A stretch of 64,000 bases of DNA from Fervidicoccaceae archaeon (GTDB taxonomy: Archaea; Thermoproteota; Thermoprotei_A; Sulfolobales; Fervidicoccaceae): assembly GCA_038734945.1 (NCBI GenBank), contig JAVYOA010000009.1:248001-312000 (forward strand), read 5' to 3'. The position numbers and the translations under genes are program-made. Shown one piece after another: positions 48,779-61,480 of this stretch. Positions within the stretch are counted from its first letter, which is position 1. Each line of letters begins with the position of its first letter. The notes below the pieces were generated by a model. It was not told the origin of the DNA. It did no database searches and worked only from the letters and a program-made list of their open reading frames with translations.

Positions 48779-49321
48779 TTGGAAGTTGAAGTGAAAATAA
48801 AAATATCACTGGAGGAATATGAAGAATTGAAGAAAAAGCTCAGTAGCATTTGTAAAGAAATAAATGAAACTGAAATGAGCGACACCTACTTTTCCCATCC
48901 TTGCTATGATCTTGCAGAGAGAGATGAAGCAATCAGATTGAGAAGAACATCTACTGTTAGCGGAAAAGTTATCTCGGAGCTCACATATAAAGGAAAAAGA
49001 ATGGAGGCTGGATATGTGAAGACAAGAAATGAAATAACAGTTAACGTGGAGAATGACAGCACAATTCTGCAATTGCTTAGAGCTCTGGGCTTCAAAGAGG
49101 CAATTGTGGTCAGAAAGAAAAGAACGGAATTCGACTGCTCTTCATACATTGTTTCTCTAGATGAGGTATCTGGTCTGGGAACATTCATAGAGATCGAGGG
49201 AAAAGAGGGGTGCGGTCCTGACTGCGTCATGCGAGCAAGGGACTCGCTTGGAATAAAAGGAACAATAGAGAGGAAGACATACTTGGAACTACTGATGGAG
49301 AGAGAAGCAAAGAGAAAATAA
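48779..49321 (+). CDS. cyaB: CYTH family class IV adenylate cyclase-like protein
   Basis: EVEVK, DTYF, EAIRLR, LTYKG, VRKKR, LDEVSGLGTFIEIE, YLELL. Confidence 0.9.
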   Translation: MEVEVKIKISLEEYEELKKKLSSICKEINETEMSDTYFSHPCYDLAERDEAIRLRRTSTVSGKVISELTYKGKRMEAGYVKTRNEITVNVENDSTILQLLRALGFKEAIVVRKKRTEFDCSSYIVSLDEVSGLGTFIEIEGKEGCGPDCVMRARDSLGIKGTIERKTYLELLMEREAKRK

Positions 49322-49466
49322 TGCCTTTTCAATGAGAATAGCAACCTTCGATTTTTGGAATAAAATTTCAAGATCAGGATTTATTATGGAGTGAAAAGCG
49401 GCAAAAATTCCATATATAAACAACAATCTTTAAACTTCCAAGCAAAAAGAAAAAACGGGGTTTGGC

Positions 49467-50456
49467 ATGTCGCTCAGATTAGGAGCACCGAAGCCAAAAG
49501 AAGAAAAAATTGATACTGATGTATTAATCATAGGAGGAGGTCCTGCTGCATTTGGAGCAGCACTTTACACAGCACGTTATAGGCTAAGGGGTCTAGTAGT
49601 TGGTGAATCTCTTGGAGGACAGCTGAACAATACCGGAGACATAGAAAACTACTTGGGCTTTGAGAGGATCTCGGCTAGTGAGCTGATAAACAAATTCAGA
49701 AAGCATGTCGAAATTTATGGAACCAGAATCCTGAGTGATCGCATCATTGATTTGAAGAAAGAAGGCGATAGCTTCATTGCTTTTACGAAGGGGGGAACTA
49801 GGATAACCGCCAAGACAGTTATTGTAGCCATAGGACTTAAGAGGAGAACGCTTGGAGTCCCCGGAGAAAAAGAATTTGTAGGAAGGGGAGTAAGCTACTG
49901 CAGCATATGCGATGCTGCTTTCTTCAAAGACGCTGATGCTGTGGCAATTGTAGGAGGAGGAGACTCTGCTATGGAGGGAGCATCCATTCTCAGCAGCTTT
50001 GCGAAGAAGGTTTACCTTATACATAGGAGAAGCGAGTTCAGAGCCCAGCCAATCCTAGTCGAAGAAGTAAAGTCAAAGAATAACATTGAGCTAGTTCTTG
50101 ATAGCATCATAACAGAGATTCAGGGAGACACGAAGGTCAGAGCAGTGAAGGTAAGGAATCTGAAAAGCATGAGCGAAAGAACAATCCCAGTAAACGGAGT
50201 ATTCATTGAGATAGGGTTCGAACCAGACGTGCAGTTCATAAAATCAATAGGGCTGGAAACCGATGACTACGGATTTATAAAAGTTCATGGTTATATGGAA
50301 ACAAACATTAAGGGGATATTTGCTGCTGGAGATTGTACGGACCTATGGAAAGCCTTCAGGCAAATAATAACGGCAGCAGCTCAGGGTGCTGTGGCTGCTC
50401 ATGGAGCCTTCAGGTACATTGAGGAAATGAAGCTGAAGAAAAATACCACTCAATGA
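49467..50456 (+). CDS. trxB: Thioredoxin reductase
   Basis: GGGPA, GRGVSYCSICD, VGGGDSA, IHRR, GIFAAGD. Confidence 0.95.
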   Translation: MSLRLGAPKPKEEKIDTDVLIIGGGPAAFGAALYTARYRLRGLVVGESLGGQLNNTGDIENYLGFERISASELINKFRKHVEIYGTRILSDRIIDLKKEGDSFIAFTKGGTRITAKTVIVAIGLKRRTLGVPGEKEFVGRGVSYCSICDAAFFKDADAVAIVGGGDSAMEGASILSSFAKKVYLIHRRSEFRAQPILVEEVKSKNNIELVLDSIITEIQGDTKVRAVKVRNLKSMSERTIPVNGVFIEIGFEPDVQFIKSIGLETDDYGFIKVHGYMETNIKGIFAAGDCTDLWKAFRQIITAAAQGAVAAHGAFRYIEEMKLKKNTTQ

Positions 50457-51832
50457 GACAGGTTGAGCTCCTCGAAGAAGCTTTTTCTCAGAGCTCTCTG
50501 CTCTTCCTGCCATTCTCTGAGTCCACTGGGAGATTTCGGATAGTTGAGGTAGAATAGCTTCATTTTATTCATATAGCTCTGAAGCAATCTGAGCTTTAGC
50601 AAGAGAGAAGGCCTGGAGCTCAGTTTGAGAACTTTGAAGAAATCGTCAATAATTCTCATAGCTCTTTCAATGCTTCCCTCTCTCAGCTCTCCTTTTCTCC
50701 CCAAAATATCAACATCTTCCTCATCAACAATTCTTCTCTCCATGATGAACTCAAGATCTCTATCGCTTAGATTCTGAAGGAAAATTCTAGTAAGCTCTAG
50801 AGATGCCTGCTTGGCGCCAATCATCCTCATGTAGCCCAAATTGGTTTCCCACATATCAAAGGCAGAGAATCTTCCTTTTTCATGAGCCTTCTCAATTCCC
50901 TGAGCAGCCCAATAAGCAGCTATCATCGCGTACCCCATTCCCCCTCCATGCACTGGATTGACTGTGAATGCTGCATCTCCGATAACTATGAAACCGTTCC
51001 AGACTAAGCTGTCAATAGGTCTTCTTGTTGGCACGCTTGCACCCTGGCTGGATAAAACAACCCTCCTTCTCGAAATATCTGGCCTTTTCAACAATTTTGA
51101 ATTGTATATGCTCATTGGGCTTGGATAGCCCATCCCCCCTTGGACGCCCAGCCCTATGTTAGCTCTATTTCCTCCTTCCGGAAAGAACCACCAATAACCT
51201 CCAGGAGCTATGTCCTGGTTAAGATAGATCCTTATTATGTCCTTATTGCGAACTTCATAGTCCAACTCCACTATTTCTCTGAAGGCGATATCGCTATCCT
51301 TTGGATCGAGTTGCTCCGACACAGGCCATTCTCTTGGAAGGCTTCTCTTGAGGACACCAGCAGTGCCCGAGGCATCGACTACTACATTTGCAAGATATTC
51401 TTTCTTCCCATCGCTGCTGCTCGTTTCTATCCCCCTTACAAATCCCTCACTGACAATTGGTCTTACCGCATGTGTGTGCGGATAGAATTCAACTCCATTG
51501 TTGACTGCATCCTTGAGAAGTCTGTTTCCCAGCTTGTTTCTATCTATTATATATCCCTCTCCATAGACTGTGAAAACATTTCTCTCTGTTGGACTGTAAA
51601 TGCTTATTCCTCTTATCTTCTGCTTTATCTCATCAGCTCTTGGTGAGGGAATTCCTAGCTCAGTGAAATGATGTGCCCCTATAGCATTTCCGCACGGCTT
51701 TCCCCAGAGATCTTCCCAGCTTCTAGTATCGAAAATTGCAACTTTGTAGGACTTTTTTGTTGAAAGAATATAAGCAAGAGTTGAGCCAGCTGGGCCTGCT
51801 CCCACTATTATTATATCATATTTTTCGCTCAT
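50450..51832 (-). CDS. Digeranylgeranylglycerophospholipid reductase (GGR)
   Basis: VGAGPAG, KPCG, APGGYWWFFP, IGDAA...NPVHGGGM. Confidence 0.92.
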   Translation of the reverse strand: MSEKYDIIIVGAGPAGSTLAYILSTKKSYKVAIFDTRSWEDLWGKPCGNAIGAHHFTELGIPSPRADEIKQKIRGISIYSPTERNVFTVYGEGYIIDRNKLGNRLLKDAVNNGVEFYPHTHAVRPIVSEGFVRGIETSSSDGKKEYLANVVVDASGTAGVLKRSLPREWPVSEQLDPKDSDIAFREIVELDYEVRNKDIIRIYLNQDIAPGGYWWFFPEGGNRANIGLGVQGGMGYPSPMSIYNSKLLKRPDISRRRVVLSSQGASVPTRRPIDSLVWNGFIVIGDAAFTVNPVHGGGMGYAMIAAYWAAQGIEKAHEKGRFSAFDMWETNLGYMRMIGAKQASLELTRIFLQNLSDRDLEFIMERRIVDEEDVDILGRKGELREGSIERAMRIIDDFFKVLKLSSRPSLLLKLRLLQSYMNKMKLFYLNYPKSPSGLREWQEEQRALRKSFFEELNLSH

Positions 51833-51884
51833 CTTCTACAACCCCCATAACCAGCAATCAGATAAGAATAGCTAAAAATCAGGA

Positions 51885-52271
51885 CTATATATTTGAGCCC
51901 ATCCAAATCGAATCTGTATGCTTGCACTTAGCAGCAATTTCCTCCTCTGCCGATTTCAACAGCGCGATTAAATCATTGGCAGATAATCTTCTTCCTGATC
52001 TCAGCTCTAGGCTTATTATCTGCACTATTCTGTACTCCTCATCAAGAAGCATTTCTACTCTTCTATCAATGCCGTCGATAGTGGGCAAGGGAATCTCGCA
52101 TATAGAAATTCCTCCCTGAACTTTCAACTGACTTTCAATATCCTCTTCTCTAAAGAACATGTTTGCACACTGCAGAAACATATCAACAAAATAGATAAAG
52201 GAACCGTCTTGTAATGGACCTATTTCTAGCGCTCTCCTATGCGGATCTATCCAAATATAATTGTGGCTCAT
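51885..52271 (-). CDS. Hypothetical protein
   Basis: 128 aa ORF co-oriented between the zinc-finger gene and GGR; ATG with GGGG upstream. Confidence 0.75.
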   Translation of the reverse strand: MSHNYIWIDPHRRALEIGPLQDGSFIYFVDMFLQCANMFFREEDIESQLKVQGGISICEIPLPTIDGIDRRVEMLLDEEYRIVQIISLELRSGRRLSANDLIALLKSAEEEIAAKCKHTDSIWMGSNI

Positions 52272-52281
52272 CTGGGCCCCT

Positions 52282-52515
52282 TCACTTCAATCTTTCTGTG
52301 AAGAGGACCAGCTGACCCTTACAATAGGGACATCTATAATGCAGCAATTTAGCATCTGCTTCGCAGAAATAAGCACTATATTTTTTCTCACATGTCGGGC
52401 ACTTGTAAACTATTTGTCTGGTTACGTCCATAAGCCTTCCGCAAATTCTGCACCTCTTTGTTACCCATCCTAGATGTCCATGCGTATTTATTCCCTTGAC
52501 TTTTCCCACTGACAC
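52282..52515 (-). CDS. Small multi-Cys zinc-finger protein
   Basis: CRIC, CPTC, FCEAD, CPYC; GAGGTG SD before the GTG start. Confidence 0.8.
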   Translation of the reverse strand: MSVGKVKGINTHGHLGWVTKRCRICGRLMDVTRQIVYKCPTCEKKYSAYFCEADAKLLHYRCPYCKGQLVLFTERLK

Positions 52516-52665
52516 TGCACTGCACCTCTTAGCTTTGAATAAATTACAATTACGTTTTGCAGCAGAATGCTATTAGGATAAAAATTAATAAACTTAGTGA
52601 TTTATTCTGGAGCCTCACTCTTTATGATAGTCAGGGAAATCAGCATTCCAGGAAGACAGCTATTT

Positions 52666-53718
52666 CTAGAACCTGCCCAGAAGAGAGGAAAATGGCAGCT
52701 CGTCATATCTTATATATCTATCGATGGAGAGAGACAGAGCGCTTATCATGTTTCTTCTGATCCTTGGTGGAATTGTTGAAAAAATATTCAGGAGCCTTCT
52801 CTGCCACTTGATCTGTCTAACTATTTGGGCTACATCTTTTGCTTTGAAGCTCTCCAAATACGCTTCATTTGCAGTATCTCCAAGGGCAAGGGCTCTTGCA
52901 AATTCCCTAGAGTGCGTAATAGATGGTCTAATTCCTTCTCCTGAAAGAGGAAATACCATCCCTGCTGCCTCTCCAATCTTGAAAAATTTTCCATTTGCTG
53001 TTTGACTAGGGCCGCTCAAAGTAATTATTGAACTAGAGATCTCCACAATTTTTTGACTGGTGAGCTTTTTTCCAATATAATTAAGAAGATAATTTGCTGG
53101 ATCCTTTACTTGAATAGAACCATAACCAACGTTTAGCTTCCCCCCCTTCGATGGAAAAATCCAGTAAAACCCAACATTCTTGAAATCCAACTCCATTATT
53201 ACACCCTCATGCGGCGCTTTTCCATCAACGATGGCCCTAGATATTGGTACTCTAAGCTTTCTTTCCTCCGTAAATGGCCCTCTGGCATCAATTATTAAAT
53301 CATCATTCAGAGAGGAAGGGCGCACGCGAGCACAGGAAAATTTTCCTCCCTCTTTTTCAATTTTATTCCTCATCAGCTCGATCCACAATTTCTTATCAAC
53401 TATGAACCATGGTGGAGTATTGTAATGTCTCTCAACCAAAAGCTTTCCATCCACATATATATAGAAATCCCTGATTTCTTCAATCACCGGCGGTTGAACC
53501 TCATACTTGTCAATTCCAATGCTGAGGATGGCTTCACCGCAGGGCTTTCTATATGGACAATCCCCATCATATACTCGAACTTCAGGAACACTGCGGGCCT
53601 CTCTCAGATAAACAATGGAAAAAGTAGCACCAGATGGGCCCCCTCCCAATACCCTTACTCTATCCCTGATCAATTTCAAGGCACCTAATGCATTTACTGC
53701 TTTGCTAAGCCTCAACAT
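52666..53718 (-). CDS. GGR-like FAD-dependent oxidoreductase
   Basis: VLGGGPSG, KPCG, GFYWIFP, IGEAAGMVFPLSGEGIR. Confidence 0.85.
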   Translation of the reverse strand: MLRLSKAVNALGALKLIRDRVRVLGGGPSGATFSIVYLREARSVPEVRVYDGDCPYRKPCGEAILSIGIDKYEVQPPVIEEIRDFYIYVDGKLLVERHYNTPPWFIVDKKLWIELMRNKIEKEGGKFSCARVRPSSLNDDLIIDARGPFTEERKLRVPISRAIVDGKAPHEGVIMELDFKNVGFYWIFPSKGGKLNVGYGSIQVKDPANYLLNYIGKKLTSQKIVEISSSIITLSGPSQTANGKFFKIGEAAGMVFPLSGEGIRPSITHSREFARALALGDTANEAYLESFKAKDVAQIVRQIKWQRRLLNIFSTIPPRIRRNMISALSLSIDRYIRYDELPFSSLLGRF

Positions 53719-53903
53719 TTAAAAACATTGTAGATTGATTAAGCATTTTCAGCAAATGAGCTTTAATTACATTTATTTAGCCCTATTGAGGTCACCTTCG
53801 GAAAAGTTTATCTTCCAATCTCATATCATGTTCTGGGATTTCAATTTCAAATCAGCAAAAGACTTATTGTTAAATTATAAATATATAACACTGGTAACAT
53901 CTC

Positions 53904-55205
53904 ATGACAGTGGAAAGCTTTATTGTAAATGAAGAATTTACCAACGGGATAATAGGTCCCCATGTAAGGATGTTAGGAACACTTGCTGATGGAGGAAAAG
54001 TCAGATTTGTTACTGCTCCAGGTTGCTGGGGTCCTATGATTACACCAACACTTAGAGGAGGACATGAAGTAAATGTCCCCGTTCTCATTGAAGGGGCGAA
54101 TGTAGGAGACTCAATTGCCATTAAAATTGAGAAAATATCCGTGAGGTCGAAAGTATCCACAACTGGAGTTGATAGCTCCGTAGCAAACGCATTTATAGGA
54201 GATCCCTATGTTTTCAAAAAATGTCCTGTATGCAATGAGCCTTGGCCTAATTTTGAAATTGTAGGTATAGGAGTTGAGGCTATAAGATGCAAAAAATGTG
54301 GCTCGCCAGTGTCGCCCTTCAGGATGCTTCATGGCTATACTGCAGTATTCGATGAAAAAATGAAATATGCTTTAACTGTAAGAAAGGAAATGGCAGAGAG
54401 AATAGCTCAAGATGCAGAGAAGGAAATAGCACTGCCGAAAAACTCAAAACAGATTCCAGCACCTCTATTAGCAAAGGCAGATATTGTGGGAACTCCATCG
54501 AGATTGAGACCATTTCTTGGGCAGATAGGAACGAGCCCAGCAGTTGATATACCAGATTCTCATAATGCTGGAGATTTTGGTTACTTCCTCATAGATGCTC
54601 CGCATCCTTATAGAATAACAAGAGAGCAGTATGATAAGGCCCTCACAGATGGACACTTAGATGTTGATGCAACGAGGGAAGGAGCAATAATCATTGCCCC
54701 ATCAAAGATAAAAGGAGCTGGCGTGTACATTGGAGATGCTCATGCCCTTCAGGGAGACGGAGAGGTAGCGGGGCATACACTCGACGTTTCCAGCGAAGTT
54801 GTTTTGAGGGTTGAGGTTATCAAAGGTCTGGAAATCGAGGGCCCAATAATTCTTCCTCAAGAACAGGATCTTCCTCCTCTAGCTAAACCCTGGAGAAAGG
54901 ATGAATGGGAAGAGGTACTATCTTACGCCAGATCATCTGGAATTGAAATTGAACAAGTTGCCCCAATTCAAGTCATTGGCTCAGGTCCCACATTAAACGA
55001 TGCTGCTAAAAAGGGATTTGAGAGAGCTTCAAAGCTACTTGGAATGAGATATGAGGAAGTTTTGAACAGGGTAACCTATTCCGGTGCTGTTGAAATTGGT
55101 CGTCTGCCAGGGATAGTTCAAGTTTCTCTGCAGGTTCCAATTGAGAAGCTAGAAAAAATAAACCTAGCAGATATTGTAATCAAGCACTACAACCTTCCAT
55201 TCTAA
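53904..55205 (+). CDS. Acetamidase/formamidase family protein
   Basis: TAPGCWGPMITP, GGHEV, DSHNAGDF, TDGHLD, GDAHALQGDGEVAGH. Confidence 0.9.
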   Translation: MTVESFIVNEEFTNGIIGPHVRMLGTLADGGKVRFVTAPGCWGPMITPTLRGGHEVNVPVLIEGANVGDSIAIKIEKISVRSKVSTTGVDSSVANAFIGDPYVFKKCPVCNEPWPNFEIVGIGVEAIRCKKCGSPVSPFRMLHGYTAVFDEKMKYALTVRKEMAERIAQDAEKEIALPKNSKQIPAPLLAKADIVGTPSRLRPFLGQIGTSPAVDIPDSHNAGDFGYFLIDAPHPYRITREQYDKALTDGHLDVDATREGAIIIAPSKIKGAGVYIGDAHALQGDGEVAGHTLDVSSEVVLRVEVIKGLEIEGPIILPQEQDLPPLAKPWRKDEWEEVLSYARSSGIEIEQVAPIQVIGSGPTLNDAAKKGFERASKLLGMRYEEVLNRVTYSGAVEIGRLPGIVQVSLQVPIEKLEKINLADIVIKHYNLPF

Positions 55206-55210
55206 AAGAT

Positions 55211-56032
55211 CTACTTTTTTTCAAGGAGAGAGAGGTATTTCTTCAAAACATTTTCATCTAAATATATCATCTTTTTCGTCATTCCACCATCAATAATTAT
55301 ATCAATACCAGTCATCCAATCTGCTTCATCCGAAGCAAGAAAAGCAACAAGGTTTGCGACATCCTCCGGTCTTCCAACTCTTCCAGCAGGATGCTGCAAA
55401 TGATCAAGAGGGGAAAGCTCTACTTTTTTCGGAGGAACTTGCCATTCGCTTGTGTCTATCCAGCCTGGAGATATCGATACTACTCTGATTCTATATTTTG
55501 AGAGACTAATAGCAAGTGAATGCGTTAGAGCGATTACTCCTCCTTTGGATGCTGAATACGGTTCAGTATTCTCCTCCGATTGATATGCTCTAGTCGATGC
55601 AATGTTAACAATCACACCACCTCTTTCCTTCATATACTTCAAAGCATATTTAGCACAAAGCCATAATCCATATAAATTAGTTTCAATTATCCTTCTGAAT
55701 TCATCCTCAGTTTGTTTCTCAATATCGTTCCCAGTGAAGGGTATTCCTGCATTGTTCACTAATACGTCGATCCTCCCCTTGAACTCACCGGCTGTATCCA
55801 TCAATCTTTTCACTTCATCGCTTTTCGTTACATCGGCTTTCAAAAAGTAAACTTCCATTCCTTCTCTTCTTAATTCCTCCTCTCTGAATTTTCCAGCATC
55901 AGAATCGATATCTCCTATTATTACGAGACACCCCTCTCTTCCAAGTCTTGAGGATATTGCAGCTCCAATCCCCTTAGCGCCACCAGTTACAACACAAACT
56001 TTCCCAAAGAATCTCTTCATTACAATCACCAA
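55211..56032 (-). CDS. Short-chain dehydrogenase/reductase
   Basis: TGGAKGIG, NNAG, ASTRA, YSASKGG, QHPAGRVG. Confidence 0.93.
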   Translation of the reverse strand: MVIVMKRFFGKVCVVTGGAKGIGAAISSRLGREGCLVIIGDIDSDAGKFREEELRREGMEVYFLKADVTKSDEVKRLMDTAGEFKGRIDVLVNNAGIPFTGNDIEKQTEDEFRRIIETNLYGLWLCAKYALKYMKERGGVIVNIASTRAYQSEENTEPYSASKGGVIALTHSLAISLSKYRIRVVSISPGWIDTSEWQVPPKKVELSPLDHLQHPAGRVGRPEDVANLVAFLASDEADWMTGIDIIIDGGMTKKMIYLDENVLKKYLSLLEKK

Positions 56033-56034
56033 AA

Positions 56035-56967
56035 CTATAGCTCTTCTACTATAATGTCAACATCTGTCTCAAAAACAATCTCTCCCCTTTTTATCTCAAT
56101 CTTCACTCTCCCTCTTTCCACGCTATCCTCTATAGCTTCCCTCAAATTGCTTACTTTTCTAACAACCCTCCCATTAGCTTTAAGGATTACATCGCCTTCT
56201 CTCAACCCAGCTTTGCTTGCCGGAGTTCCAGGAATTACCCTCACAACCATGAGCCCCTCCCTTGCTCCAAGGCCATACATCCTCGCAATCATTGGTCCAA
56301 TTGAGGTAACATTAACTCCTATCCAAGCCCTAACTGGCTTTCCAAACTTTCTCAGCATATATATAAATCTCTTCACACTATTTATCGGAAGGGCAAAGCC
56401 TATTCCCTGTGCAAATGGAACAATTGCCGTCGTGACTCCAATAGCTTCTCCTCTCAAATTCACCAGAGGTCCACCGCTGTTTCCTGGGTTTATTGCAGCA
56501 TCGGTCTGGATGAGGTCTTCTAGAGAAAAGGACTCATTCACTATTATTCTACCAGTTGCGCTGACAATCCCCATGGAGACCGATGGGCCTGGGAGCCCAA
56601 GAGGGGATCCTATGGCCAGGACTATTTCTCCAACATTTATATTTTCTGAATCCCCCATGCCAATTGGCTTTCCATGCGAAGTTGCTTCAAGGAGTGCCAG
56701 ATCTCTGGAATTGTCTGAAGCAATAACTTCCGCAGTTTCTGCGTACCCGTCCCAATACATTACGTTTACTCTTTTGGCATTTTGGACAACATGAGCGTTT
56801 GTTATTATAAACCCTTCCTCCACAAGGAAGCCAGACCCAAAGCTCTTCAATGGTTCAAAGCCAAAAAGAGTGAGAGGATGGGGTATCTGAGAAGCTATAG
56901 TGACAACGGATTCTTTTGCCTGCTCTACAATCCTGACAATATCTTTGCTAAGATGATCTATCGACAT
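56035..56967 (-). CDS. HtrA/DegP-like serine protease with PDZ domain
   Basis: GSGF, TNAHVV, DLALL, IQTDAAINPGNSGGPL, PDZ; start set at ATG 56967. Confidence 0.93.
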   Translation of the reverse strand: MSIDHLSKDIVRIVEQAKESVVTIASQIPHPLTLFGFEPLKSFGSGFLVEEGFIITNAHVVQNAKRVNVMYWDGYAETAEVIASDNSRDLALLEATSHGKPIGMGDSENINVGEIVLAIGSPLGLPGPSVSMGIVSATGRIIVNESFSLEDLIQTDAAINPGNSGGPLVNLRGEAIGVTTAIVPFAQGIGFALPINSVKRFIYMLRKFGKPVRAWIGVNVTSIGPMIARMYGLGAREGLMVVRVIPGTPASKAGLREGDVILKANGRVVRKVSNLREAIEDSVERGRVKIEIKRGEIVFETDVDIIVEEL

Positions 56968-57128
56968 TCTATCAACCAATTTTTCCTCAGTGCGGTTACA
57001 TTTATTGTTTCCGATGCACTTCAAACTATAACTTTTTAAGCTCGTCTGAATTGTCTAGGTTGATTATATAGAAAAGTTACCCTTTTTGAGCGTATGATAT
57101 CCGACAGATTCTTTCGCGCAGATTCCAA

Positions 57129-57944
57129 TTAAGGATAGAGAAGGAAATTGGCAGCGCTCTCCTGATATAGAGAGCATTCTTTCTTCTTGCTTACAAGCTC
57201 GCTTTTCAAGAAATTCTCCATTCTCCTCAGAAGGAATCCTATGGAAACCGTTCCAACTAATAAAGAAATTATTCCTATTGCTGTGCTGAAATAGAACAAT
57301 GCGAAGAGAAGGAAAACAAACCCTCCAGAAAGGACTCGAACCTCCAGACTTAGCCTCTTGAATCTATCGCTTTTTTCCACCAATTCTTTCTGCTTTCTGC
57401 ATTCTCTTATCATAGAAACTAACTCACTGGGAGGCTCTGAAAATACAGTTAGAAGCAGCACTGTTGTGAGCTTGATAAGCTTCAATACATTCTCATTGGG
57501 ATTTCTGCTCTTCTTCATGCTCTCAGCTATATAGCTTTCAATAAATTGCAGAGAGAGCTTGAACTCGTTTTTTCCTTTCTCTATCTCCTCATCCAAGGCT
57601 TTTCCAAGGCATTTTTCCAAGCTACTTATCTCTGAGCACTCAGATATAGCGATTTTATTCGTGAGCAAATGCTCTGCTGCAAAATAAAGTGCCAAAGAAG
57701 CAATTTCTACAGACTCCTCTCTTTTCTTCTCCATCCAAAGCTTTCTTGCCTGCAGTGCTGCCCTAATGATCCATTCTGGGGAGCGATATCTCCAATACAG
57801 CAGCTTTTTTCCGAATGATCTTTCTTCCTTTTCCAATTTGCCTATAGAAGAGAGAGCTTCAAGCAGATCCGTTGAGCTGCCTTCTGGCAACTTCAATCTC
57901 TTCACAACTTCCTCCACGATATTCTCCAGCAAATCCCTTCTCAA
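57129..57944 (-). CDS. Hypothetical protein with C-terminal TM hairpin
   Basis: 271 aa ORF, TTG start, two hydrophobic helices near the C-terminus. Confidence 0.7.
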   Translation of the reverse strand: MRRDLLENIVEEVVKRLKLPEGSSTDLLEALSSIGKLEKEERSFGKKLLYWRYRSPEWIIRAALQARKLWMEKKREESVEIASLALYFAAEHLLTNKIAISECSEISSLEKCLGKALDEEIEKGKNEFKLSLQFIESYIAESMKKSRNPNENVLKLIKLTTVLLLTVFSEPPSELVSMIRECRKQKELVEKSDRFKRLSLEVRVLSGGFVFLLFALFYFSTAIGIISLLVGTVSIGFLLRRMENFLKSELVSKKKECSLYQESAANFLLYP

Positions 57945-58044
57945 TTAGCAGCACCTTATGGATAAAAAGATGCCAGCATTTCAAAATAATAAATACTATT
58001 TCTTTATAAAAAAATACTACGACATTATCCTTAGGTGGAATCAA

Positions 58045-58365
58045 TTGTCCAAAAAAGGCACTTGCTATGAGTGTCTCCACTATCGTCCTCACCTCTTCTT
58101 TCAACAAATGGGAATCTGTGATGCTAAGAACGAGCTCACGAGTGCTTCAACGCTAGCTGAAAATTGCCCTCTTTTTAGCGAGAAAAGCAGAGAATCTCTA
58201 CTAAGAGCTCTTGAGGAAAACGGATGGATATTCTGCTCAACATGCTACAAGATGCTCACAGAAAAGGATGAGCTTATATCCCACTATAGCGAGAGAGGTC
58301 ATGCCTTATTTATCTCTCCCTTCTTGGATAAATCAACTAGTGAAGAGTCCTACGCTGCTGACTAG
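58045..58365 (+). CDS. Small Cys/His-rich metal-binding protein
   Basis: CYEC...GIC...CPLF and CSTC...HYSERGH; start set at TTG 58045 after AGGTGG. Confidence 0.75.
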   Translation: MSKKGTCYECLHYRPHLFFQQMGICDAKNELTSASTLAENCPLFSEKSRESLLRALEENGWIFCSTCYKMLTEKDELISHYSERGHALFISPFLDKSTSEESYAAD

Positions 58366-58375
58366 GTGAATCTCA

Positions 58376-61220
<2,845 letters not shown>

Positions 61221-61281
61221 ACTTTTTTAGACTATACGTTGCGAATTTAAGCATGGATACTTATCTGAGAAATGATGGATC

Positions 61282-61452
61282 ATGACAGTCGAAACAGACC
61301 CAGTCTGTGGCATGAAGGTCGATACCTCAAAAACAAAGCACAAGACGATATACAAGGGGAGAACATATTACTTTTGCAGCGAGAGATGCCGAAAAGCCTT
61401 CGAGGAAAAGCCTGAATATTATTTAGAGCATGGTCCACAGGGAATGCCGTAA
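61282..61452 (+). CDS. TRASH/YHS-domain copper metallochaperone (CopM-like, 56 aa, missed by ORF track)
   Basis: MTVETDPVCGMKVD...YKGRTYYFCSERCRKAFEEKPEYYLEHGPQGMP directly upstream of copA. Confidence 0.93.
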   Translation: MTVETDPVCGMKVDTSKTKHKTIYKGRTYYFCSERCRKAFEEKPEYYLEHGPQGMP

Positions 61453-61480
61453 TTAAGCATTGCAGGAAAGAGAGCATCCC

